This document shows positions 36,695-44,439 of a stretch of 64,000 nt of DNA, in pieces. The translations under genes were made by a program, and so were the position numbers. Positions within the stretch are counted from its first letter, which is position 1. The number at the start of each line of letters is the position of its first letter. The notes below the pieces were generated by a model. It made no database searches. It worked only from the letters and a program-made list of their open reading frames with translations, and was not told the origin of the DNA. The stretch comes from Tidjanibacter sp. (GTDB taxonomy: Bacteria; Bacteroidota; Bacteroidia; Bacteroidales; Rikenellaceae), in assembly GCA_045132795.1 (NCBI GenBank), contig JBGUSZ010000094.1, positions 2,338-66,337 on the forward strand, in the 5' to 3' direction.

Positions 36695-36894
36695 CCTTAC
36701 AACCAAATCTCTGTTTTCTTCTTTTTTCCCCCTCATGCCTATTCTATATGTCGTGTGTGGGCACAACACACAAAATCTTGTGTTTGTCTGTTTGTCTGTT
36801 TGTGCCCCGGGGGAGTAGTCGGCTCCCTCCGAGGCTTGGTTGGCGCAGGAGGCTTGTGTGCCTTTGCGCCTTGGGGGTGTTCTATACCACCGTA

Positions 36895-37917
36895 TTAGAT
36901 TTCGATGATGTAGGAGTTTGTGTCGGACTGATCCCAACCCTCTTCGGTGGGAGCCCAAATAATCTGCTCAACATCACCGATGGTGAGGTTGTAGCTAATC
37001 ACCTCGTTGATACCCCAACGCTGGTCTACAGTATCGAGGTCGTGGAGCGAGATTTTAACATTCACGGTCTCGGTAGCGTGGCCGCTCTCTACGGTGTAGG
37101 TAACCTCCAGCTGGCTGGCCGAGGTGAATGCCTGAGGAATAACATACTTGTGGTCCAGGGGCACAACAGCGGTTGCGTTAGTTACGGTGATGGCCTTTGA
37201 GGGGTCGGTAATGCCGTCAAACAACACACAGCTCTCGCTGCTGGGGCCGGCAGCCACAGTCCAATAGTCGTTCACACCGCTGGTGCCGGGAACGTGGTTG
37301 TAGGGCATAGTGTAGGTACCGGAGTGGTAAACACCATTGAGTTTCACCTGGGTCAGAGTGATGGTACGATCATCATCGGCAGCCTTGGTGATACCAACCT
37401 TGATTTGGGTGAGTTTGTGGCGGAACACGGTGTTCACGGGGTTACCCTTTGCCTCTTTCACGATGTCGGCAACCATAAAGTCTACGTTTTTGTTGGTCTC
37501 CACGCTGAAGTCGGCAAACACATAGTTCCTGTCTGCATCCCAGCTGCGGGTAGCGGAGATGCCATCAGGAGCATAGGCGAAGAAGGTCAGGCTACCCTTG
37601 GCAGGCCAATAGTAGGCGGTGCTGGTGGTCCAAACCTCCTCGCCACCGAGCGACCTCTTCTCAACTTTCTCGTTGGCGAAGTATTGTTCGGCGGTGGTGT
37701 GTACACCGGCCCAAGTCTCACCCTCATTCAAGAGGAAGGCAGCTGCCACAAAGTGGTTGTGGCTGGTGTAGGCGGCACGGCCATCGGTCTGCAAACCCGA
37801 AACGGTTGCAAAGTCGATCCTCTCACCCTGTGCAAAGTTACCACTGAAATCAACCTCGTTCTTCACGCAGCTTGCAAGTGCTACACATGCTGCTGCAATA
37901 GCGATAAGTTTTTTCAT
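36895..37917 (-). CDS. Fimbrillin (Mfa-like) family lipoprotein, paralogue 1 (candidate major stalk subunit)
   Basis: Lipobox ALASC (Cys17) and an Arg47-Ala48 site. Blocks LTFFAYAPDG and TVFRHKLTQIKVGI. C-terminus EGWDQSDTNSYIIEI. It is set apart by long untranslated regions on both sides. Confidence 0.75.
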   Translation of the reverse strand: MKKLIAIAAACVALASCVKNEVDFSGNFAQGERIDFATVSGLQTDGRAAYTSHNHFVAAAFLLNEGETWAGVHTTAEQYFANEKVEKRSLGGEEVWTTSTAYYWPAKGSLTFFAYAPDGISATRSWDADRNYVFADFSVETNKNVDFMVADIVKEAKGNPVNTVFRHKLTQIKVGITKAADDDRTITLTQVKLNGVYHSGTYTMPYNHVPGTSGVNDYWTVAAGPSSESCVLFDGITDPSKAITVTNATAVVPLDHKYVIPQAFTSASQLEVTYTVESGHATETVNVKISLHDLDTVDQRWGINEVISYNLTIGDVEQIIWAPTEEGWDQSDTNSYIIEI

Positions 37918-38076
37918 AGTTTTGATTGTTTTAGAAAAGTTAATAAATGTTAATTGGTTTGTTTGTGTTTTGTTTGTTGGTTGATTGTTTGATTGTTTCT
38001 GTTATTTGCGTTTTTTGATGTTGTCTGTTGTGTCTGTTTCGTGTTGTCAAGTTTTATTTTGGTTAGTTTATTTTCA

Positions 38077-39096
38077 TTACAATTCCAAGTCGAAGTGCTC
38101 CTCTTTCCAATCCTCCATTTCGGGCTTAAAGCCACCACCTGCCGTGGGAGGCGTGGAGGGTTTGTCGATGGTGATAACCTCATCCAGCAACAACCAGTTG
38201 TGGTCCCTGCATTCGGGGCTATCAAACAGGGCCGAAATGTTGAAATCCCTATTCTCAACACGACCGTCCACCGTGTTGATGTTGAACGACACCCACAACT
38301 CGTTGTTTGAGTGGTCAATGTGGCCAAAGGAGTTGAACACGCTGCACAGCACCGCCGCGCCCTTGTCGTCGCTCTTCTGCAAGGAGAAATAGATGGCCGT
38401 TTCGGGAATGTCCACCCTCTGGCGGCTACCAAGCATATTACTTCCCGCCATACCCGTGAGGATGGCCTGCGCACTCGACACCCACTCCAAGCCCTCAACT
38501 TTCACTTGCAAGTAGAAGGTCTCGGTTACGGGTGTGGCCGTAGTCTTGATGGTATAGAGGTCGTCGTGCCAGGGGATGCTCCTTTTGGCATCGGTGGCCA
38601 CCCATAGTAGGTTTGGCTGGTGGCGGATGTCCACAGGCTCGTCAGCTCGAGTGTTGAAACGACTCGCCAGCACCTCCGAAACCGATTGGGTGTAGGCCTC
38701 AATGGTGGGGTGGCTGTAATCGTTGCGGATGTAGGTCGAAGGGGTATCGAAGTTGTAGATGACCATCTCGTAGTCGCCGGGCAGGATGCCCACACGGCCC
38801 GAAACGACGTGGCGACCCTCCGAGTCGGTCGATACGTTGCTGATGTAGCTCTCGCCCGCAATCCTATCCTTGCCGGGCTCATAGAACAACACCCTCAGCA
38901 TCTCGGGGTCGGTTTGTTGGGGTTGTATCTTGGGATTATATATGTCGCACGTTACGTTGTGCATACCCTCGTCGTCGATGACAACCTGCAACTCGGCGGT
39001 GAAGCTGGGGTCCAACAGAGGCCTGCGCTCACAGCCAAACGCCGCAAGCAACCCCATCACAAGGAGTATGGCCCTATGTCTTAACGCCCCTCTCAT
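38077..39096 (-). CDS. FimB/Mfa2-like (DUF5119-like) fimbrial anchor candidate
   Basis: Lipobox AAFGC (Cys22). There is no Arg-Ala dipeptide in the roughly 65 residues after the Cys. The C-terminal GGGFKPEMEDWKEEHFDLEL tail resembles anchor-type subunits. The start overlaps the upstream stop (TAATG). Confidence 0.65.
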   Translation of the reverse strand: MRGALRHRAILLVMGLLAAFGCERRPLLDPSFTAELQVVIDDEGMHNVTCDIYNPKIQPQQTDPEMLRVLFYEPGKDRIAGESYISNVSTDSEGRHVVSGRVGILPGDYEMVIYNFDTPSTYIRNDYSHPTIEAYTQSVSEVLASRFNTRADEPVDIRHQPNLLWVATDAKRSIPWHDDLYTIKTTATPVTETFYLQVKVEGLEWVSSAQAILTGMAGSNMLGSRQRVDIPETAIYFSLQKSDDKGAAVLCSVFNSFGHIDHSNNELWVSFNINTVDGRVENRDFNISALFDSPECRDHNWLLLDEVITIDKPSTPPTAGGGFKPEMEDWKEEHFDLEL

Positions 39097-40343
39097 TACC
39101 TTTGGCCTCCTTTCGTCTTAATGGTGAGGGGGACAACAAGCGAAATCTCCGCCTTGGTGGGACCAACCCAGTGAAGTCGGCCGGCGTTGAACTTATCCCT
39201 GATGAGGTCTTGCCAGTCGTCCGTGGGGACATAGTGGCGGTAGGGGATGCTGGCGTAGCCCACCGAGAGTGAGAACTCGATGTTCATTCGTTTGCCCAGC
39301 GGTGCCGAGTAGCCATAAGTGAGGCCGGCACTCCAAAACTCGCCCTGATAGCAAGCCCAGGTGTTGGCCTGAAAGTCGAACTTTCCACTCATAGCATAGG
39401 CTCCGAGGAAGTGACCCACAAGCCTATCCCTGCCGGGGAAGGTGTCGCTGCGAGGAACGGGTTTGGGCGCAAACCACCATCTCGCCTCGCCACCAATGGA
39501 GAGCAGCTGCAAGCAGTAGCGGTTGTTCTCCGTTAGCCACCAGGGGCAGATGTGGTTATAAACCAGCGAGAAGCGGTCGCCAATGGGTGCCTCCACTGCA
39601 AAGTTCACAACCGTAGCCACGTCATAGAGCGCGTTAGTTTTCAGTGCCAAGATGGTCTTACGGGCAGGCCTTAGGTCGGGCAGGGGTCTAAATTGCAGGT
39701 GGGAGGGAAGGGTTATTTCGGATGTTACATCCTTTCGGGGTGCGGTGGTGGGAAGTGCCGCCACGTGCTGCGACCAATAGATAACAAGTGTGGTCGCTGT
39801 TCGCAGGTAGGGAAGGTGGTGGCGGTCGATGTAGGAATATGCTTGACCTTTGCGCAACTTCATCAGTTGGCGCATCTTCTTATCGGGGTGTACACCCTTA
39901 CGACGCAAAATCTGCAAAACCTCTTTCTTAAACGGAACCTTCGAGTCGGCCTCCACGCGTTCGATAAGGCCGGTGAAGTCCTCACCCAGAGGCTCCTCCC
40001 TCATCTGTTCCAGCCCCAAACTTTTATAGCGTTTTAGCAACCAATATTTGGTAGTACCGGCACGGCGGGCCGAAAGTTTCTGGTTGTAGCGAAGAGGTCC
40101 CTCGGGCGATGCGTAGGCAACAATGGAGACGCTGTCGATATACTTTCCGTTTGCCTCAAAGAAGTTGTCGAGGGATTGGATGGTTTGGCGGTTGGAGAGG
40201 TAGCTCTCGTCGAGGACATATTTGTCGTGGCGGAAATAGAGAGTTGCAGACATTGTGTGGGACTCCTTCTTTTGGGCCCAAAGTGAAGTCGCGCACACAA
40301 TTGTGGCGAGCAACACAACTATCCTTCTGCAATAACTTTTCAT
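39096..40343 (-). CDS. Outer-membrane protein: OmpA-like (DUF3868-like) N-terminal region + DUF3575-like barrel
   Basis: Signal peptide ending LWAQ. An OmpA-like block (SVSIVAYASPEGPLRYNQKLSARRAGTTKYWL). The C-terminal half has DUF3575-type strands (ILALKTNALYDVATVVNFAVEAPIGDRFSLVYNHICPWW...GGEARWWF...EFSLSVGYASIPYRHY). Confidence 0.72.
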   Translation of the reverse strand: MKSYCRRIVVLLATIVCATSLWAQKKESHTMSATLYFRHDKYVLDESYLSNRQTIQSLDNFFEANGKYIDSVSIVAYASPEGPLRYNQKLSARRAGTTKYWLLKRYKSLGLEQMREEPLGEDFTGLIERVEADSKVPFKKEVLQILRRKGVHPDKKMRQLMKLRKGQAYSYIDRHHLPYLRTATTLVIYWSQHVAALPTTAPRKDVTSEITLPSHLQFRPLPDLRPARKTILALKTNALYDVATVVNFAVEAPIGDRFSLVYNHICPWWLTENNRYCLQLLSIGGEARWWFAPKPVPRSDTFPGRDRLVGHFLGAYAMSGKFDFQANTWACYQGEFWSAGLTYGYSAPLGKRMNIEFSLSVGYASIPYRHYVPTDDWQDLIRDKFNAGRLHWVGPTKAEISLVVPLTIKTKGGQR

Positions 40344-40500
40344 CGGTTTCTCTCTAATATCCCTAACCCGTCTGTATGACTCGGTTTGTGCCTACATTTT
40401 GCAACCAGATTTGCGCCTGCGCAGTCTGGTTGTGCGTGTTTGTTGGGTGGTGTCCGTTGCTCTTTTCCCCAAGGGGAAAGCCATACAGCCCACCAAACAA

Positions 40501-40508
40501 CAAAATTA
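40501..40508 (-). promoter_or_regulatory. Candidate -7 box TAATTTTG for the pilus operon
   Basis: This is the only TAnnTTTG match on the minus strand between the AraC terminator and the ATG at 40343. It lies 158 nt upstream of that ATG. Confidence 0.35.
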
Positions 40509-40587
40509 GTTGATATTTTGCGTAGATACAACAGCCGATGTAATATGTGGCAAAAAAACAGGTACTTTTTTCCTTATTTTAGCCCAT

Positions 40588-40596
40588 GGGGGGGGG
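40588..40596. repeat. G9 (C9 on the coding strand) homopolymer upstream of the pilus operon
   Basis: Read directly: catGGGGGGGGGtatt. It lies 80 nt upstream of the candidate -7 box. Confidence 0.9.
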
Positions 40597-40672
40597 TATT
40601 TTGAATATTTGCTTGGAAAAATTGCACATGTTGTTTTCAGCGGGGCGACTATCCCTATCTTCTCCAACAAGA

Positions 40673-40701
40673 ACAGCCCGCAACGTGGTGTTGCGGGCTG
40701 T
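40673..40701 (-). terminator. Hairpin terminator after the AraC-family gene
   Basis: Perfect 12-bp stem ACAGCCCGCAAC / GTTGCGGGCTGT with a 5-nt loop, 33 nt after the stop. T-rich flanks lie on both strands. Confidence 0.65.
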
Positions 40702-40733
40702 CTTTTGTCTTTGTGTCAAGTGAGGTTTTGTGG

Positions 40734-41636
40734 TTAATCACTAACACTCTGGCGCCACTGCTGTGGAGTCATTCCCGTGTAGCGCTTGAAATAGCGGCAG
40801 AAGAACGAAGGAGTTGCAAAGTTCATCCTATCGCTCACAATGGTGGTCGACAGGCTCGCATTGAGCAACAGTCGTTTGGCATTTTTGATTACCATCTCCG
40901 CAATCATATCGGAAGGAGTGATGCCCGTAACCCTCTTGATTTTGCCCGAAAACTGCTTGGCGCTCATACCAAACAACTCGGCGTAGTATTCCACATCGCG
41001 GTGCTCGAACGAGCTAGCTGTAAGCATCATACTAAACCTCTTGGCCAACTGTTCGCTAGCAGAGCTCTCCTTCACGGCGAGGTTGCGACGCAGGAAAATG
41101 TCAACCAACTCCGAGCGCAGAATGGCCAATGTGTTGCGGTCAATGTCGGCACGATTGTAGTTGCGATAGTTGGTCGAGCTGGCGGCAATATATTCCATCA
41201 GCGCAGTCATCACCCTATTTTCCTGTTTCAGCAACGAGATTACAGGGCATTGCCTTAGGCGGGGGAAGGTGTTTACAATACTGCTCACCGATGCCTCTTC
41301 GTTGATACGTCCTACGATGGTTGATGCCAAAAAGTCGGGCGATACGGTGGTGAAACGGCAGTAGGTTCCGGCAAAGATGATGAGCATCTGTCCGGCCCTA
41401 ACAATATGGGAGGTTCCATCAACAGAAACCTGTACGCTACCGGCCTTGCATACCCACATTATCACTCCGTCTTTGAACATGATGGAGCGGTCCATCATCG
41501 AACTTGTCATCGCATCGCCACCGGCTATCTCGAAGTAGTGAAACGAAGGCTCAGGACGCAATTGCAGACTCTTGACCATAAAGTCAAAGTCGAAAATTCG
41601 GTTAGGGTTTTGGGAATTATTGTGCTGTGTCGGCAT
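40734..41636 (-). CDS. AraC-family transcriptional regulator
   Basis: 300 aa. The C-terminal double-HTH region is (YYAELFGMSAKQFSGKIKRVTGITPSDMI...FATPSFFCRYFKRYTGMTPQQWR). The N-terminal region is a cupin-like sensor. Confidence 0.9.
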   Translation of the reverse strand: MPTQHNNSQNPNRIFDFDFMVKSLQLRPEPSFHYFEIAGGDAMTSSMMDRSIMFKDGVIMWVCKAGSVQVSVDGTSHIVRAGQMLIIFAGTYCRFTTVSPDFLASTIVGRINEEASVSSIVNTFPRLRQCPVISLLKQENRVMTALMEYIAASSTNYRNYNRADIDRNTLAILRSELVDIFLRRNLAVKESSASEQLAKRFSMMLTASSFEHRDVEYYAELFGMSAKQFSGKIKRVTGITPSDMIAEMVIKNAKRLLLNASLSTTIVSDRMNFATPSFFCRYFKRYTGMTPQQWRQSVSD

Positions 41637-41670
41637 AGAATAATGTGTTTTTTAGTATGTCGTTACGGCG

Positions 41671-41678
41671 CAAATATA
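41671..41678 (-). promoter_or_regulatory. Candidate -7 box TATATTTG for the AraC-family gene
   Basis: Plus strand caaatata. It lies 35 nt upstream of the ATG at 41636, in an AT-rich spacer. Confidence 0.4.
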
Positions 41679-41899
41679 ATGATTTGTGCAAAACCTCCTA
41701 TACAAAAGATAAATTTGACATAAAAAATGCACAATTTTCATATATATTCCGAAATAGAAGCGAAAAACAGAGCAAGAAAGTTAGATATTTGAACATCTCA
41801 ATACTCTTTTTTTACCACTCTTATGTGTAAAACACCGCGCAATAATGGTGCTATTTCGCTCCCCCCTTGTACAAAAATTACGTAGACAAAAAGTGATGA

Positions 41900-42763
41900 T
41901 TATCGCTCAATTTGACCACCCACAATGTCGAGTAATTCGGTAGTGATGGCCTGTTGGCGTTGCTTGTTGTATTCGAGTGCGAGCTCACCGATAAGCTTGT
42001 CGGCATTGTCGGTGGCGGCCTGCATTGCAATCATCCTCGCTGCGTGTTCGGAGGCCAAAGCCGAGAGGGCCACGGAGTAGAGTTTAAGGGTGATTTGGCG
42101 GGGCACAATCTCCGCAATAAGTTGCTCCCTATCGGGCTCCAAGATATACTCCGTGGAGAGAGAGTCGCTACCCTCCGAGCACTCCATTTCGATTGGTAGA
42201 AGCTGCTCACAAACAAGCTTTTGAGTGCCTGCCGAGAGAAATTTGTGGTAGATAAGTTCAACCCTATCCGTATCCCCCGCAAGGTATTCTTTCATCATTC
42301 GTTGGGCCATATCGGAAGCCATCTCATAGGTGGGCCTGTCGGCCAATACTTCGTGGCCCTCCTCGCACTCAAATCCCTCACGACACACCCCCTTGGCAAG
42401 TTGTTCGCCAACGGCAATAATGCTCACTTTAATACCCTTGGCTTCCCACTCTCGGGCACTCTTTGTGGTGCGCCTTACCACGTTGCCATTGTAGGCTCCA
42501 CAGAGTGTTCCGTTGGATGCAAAACCCACAAGCGTAACTCTTTCTATGGTGCGTGGCGTGGCCAAAGCAACGGGGGTGCTTTCCTCGTTACCAACCAGAT
42601 GAGAGGTGATTTTTTGCAACTCGTCGGAGTAGGGCACAAGTGCACCAATGGCCCTTTGGGTGCGGTGCAGTTTTGCTGCCGCAACCATCTTCATAGCCGA
42701 GGTGATCTTGCGCGTGCTACGCACCGATGCAATTCTCTCTTTTATCTCCCTGAGCGATGCCAC
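41900..42763 (-). CDS. atpG: F1 ATP synthase subunit gamma
   Basis: MASLREIKERIASVRSTRKITSAMKMVAAAKL N-terminus and a C-terminal ITTELLDIVGG. It uses a GTG start codon. Confidence 0.95.
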   Translation of the reverse strand: MASLREIKERIASVRSTRKITSAMKMVAAAKLHRTQRAIGALVPYSDELQKITSHLVGNEESTPVALATPRTIERVTLVGFASNGTLCGAYNGNVVRRTTKSAREWEAKGIKVSIIAVGEQLAKGVCREGFECEEGHEVLADRPTYEMASDMAQRMMKEYLAGDTDRVELIYHKFLSAGTQKLVCEQLLPIEMECSEGSDSLSTEYILEPDREQLIAEIVPRQITLKLYSVALSALASEHAARMIAMQAATDNADKLIGELALEYNKQRQQAITTELLDIVGGQIER

Positions 42764-42782
42764 GATTGTTGTGTGTTGTTGA

Positions 42783-44366
42783 TTATGAGTTTATTGCAGC
42801 AATGGTTTCGGCTGCTGTTTTTTCTATTCCGGAGATGACCTCCTCGTTGATAATACCCGCCTTTAAGCACCCCAACACATCCTCCGAGTGGGTTGCTCGC
42901 AGCAGTTCCAAGAAGTGCCTCTCAAAGGCTCTCACTTGCTCGGTCGGAAGCTCTTTGAGGAGTCCGTTCACACCACAGTAGAGCACCGCAATCTGCTCCT
43001 CTACGGGCATGGGTGCATACTGTGGTTGGATGAGCAGCTCGGTGTTTTTGTGGCCCTTGTCGATAACGTAGGCCGTAACGGGGTCCAAATCGCCGCCAAA
43101 CTTCGTAAAGGCCTCTAACTCACGATATTGCGCTTGGTCTATTTTGAGCGTACCGGCCACCTTCTTCATCGCCTTGATTTGTGCATTGCCACCCACACGA
43201 CTCACCGAGATACCAACATTGATAGCTGGTCTTACACCCTGATTGAAGAGGTCGCTTTCGAGAAATATCTGACCGTCGGTAATGGAAATCACATTGGTTG
43301 GAATGTAGGCCGAAACGTCGCCTGCCTGGGTTTCGATGATGGGTAGTGCTGTCAGTGAGCCTCCGCCCTTGACCTTGCCACGCAGGCACTCCGGAAGGTC
43401 GTTCATCTTCTCGGCCACCGAGTCGTTGGCGATGATTTTGGCTGCCCTTTCCAAGAGTCGGGAGTGGAGATAGAAGATGTCGCCTGGGTAGGCCTCCCTG
43501 CCCGAAGGACGGCGCAGGATTAGCGACACCTCACGATAGGAGACAGCCTGCTTCGAGAGGTCGTCATAGACCACCAATGCGTGGCGGCCCGTATCTCGGA
43601 ACCACTCGCCAATGGCCGCACCTGCAAAGGGTGCAAAATATTGCAAAGCCGCAGGGTCCGAGGCTGTGGCTGCCACCACTACCGTATAGTCCATTGCCCC
43701 CTTTTCGCGGAGGGTGTTGACGATGTTGGCCACCGTTGAACCCTTCTGTCCCACGGCAACATAGATGCAATAGACGGGCTTGCCGTTGAGGTAGTTATCC
43801 CTCTGGTTGATGATGGTGTCGATGGCAATGGCGGTCTTGCCCGTTTGGCGGTCGCCGATGATAAGCTCCCTCTGGCCCCTACCGATGGGAATCATTGCAT
43901 CCACCGCTTTGAGGCCCGTTTGAAGGGGCTCGTTTACGGGTTGGCGGAAGATAACACCGGGGGCTTTGCGCTCCAACGGCATTGAGAACTTCTCGCCCTC
44001 AATATCGCCCCTGCCATCAAGGGTTTCGCCCAGAGGGTTAATCACCCTTCCCACCACATTGTCGTTGACCTCAATCGACACAATCCTCTCGGTGCGCCTT
44101 ACCATTTGTCCCTCTTTGATGTGGTCGGTGGGGCCCAGCAGTACGGCACCCACATTGTCCTCTTCGAGGTTCATCACAACGCCCGACACGCCACCCTCAA
44201 ACTCCAACAATTCGCCACTCTCGGCATTGTTGAGTCCGTAGATGCGTGCCACACCGTCGCTCACCTGCAACACGGTGCCCACCTCTTCAAATTTTACTGT
44301 GGTGTCGATGCCGGCAAGTTGTTCTTGCAAAATGCGGCTCACCTCGCTTGGTCTTATCTCTGCCAT
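42783..44366 (-). CDS. atpA: F1 ATP synthase subunit alpha
   Basis: 527 aa. Walker A GDRQTGKT. Canonical alpha-subunit sequence throughout. Confidence 0.98.
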   Translation of the reverse strand: MAEIRPSEVSRILQEQLAGIDTTVKFEEVGTVLQVSDGVARIYGLNNAESGELLEFEGGVSGVVMNLEEDNVGAVLLGPTDHIKEGQMVRRTERIVSIEVNDNVVGRVINPLGETLDGRGDIEGEKFSMPLERKAPGVIFRQPVNEPLQTGLKAVDAMIPIGRGQRELIIGDRQTGKTAIAIDTIINQRDNYLNGKPVYCIYVAVGQKGSTVANIVNTLREKGAMDYTVVVAATASDPAALQYFAPFAGAAIGEWFRDTGRHALVVYDDLSKQAVSYREVSLILRRPSGREAYPGDIFYLHSRLLERAAKIIANDSVAEKMNDLPECLRGKVKGGGSLTALPIIETQAGDVSAYIPTNVISITDGQIFLESDLFNQGVRPAINVGISVSRVGGNAQIKAMKKVAGTLKIDQAQYRELEAFTKFGGDLDPVTAYVIDKGHKNTELLIQPQYAPMPVEEQIAVLYCGVNGLLKELPTEQVRAFERHFLELLRATHSEDVLGCLKAGIINEEVISGIEKTAAETIAAINS

Positions 44367-44439
44367 TTTCTGTCATTTTAGGTTGTGCGCTCGTTCCTAT
44401 ATTTATGGTGTAAAGAGCGGAGCCACAACACTTTAAATC

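Noticed and set aside
40344-40733. An invertible (shufflon-type) promoter for fimbrial phase variation.
   Set aside because: Only local hairpins were found. No pair of inverted repeats flanks the candidate promoter, and no site-specific recombinase gene lies nearby.
26516-41700. tRNA-Leu as an integration site for a genomic island carrying the pilus locus.
   Set aside because: There is no integrase, excisionase, transposase or mobilisation gene in the window. I could not find a direct repeat of the tRNA 3' end further along. The composition looks similar to the flanking core genes by eye. A computed GC or k-mer profile and synteny comparison would be needed to revisit this.
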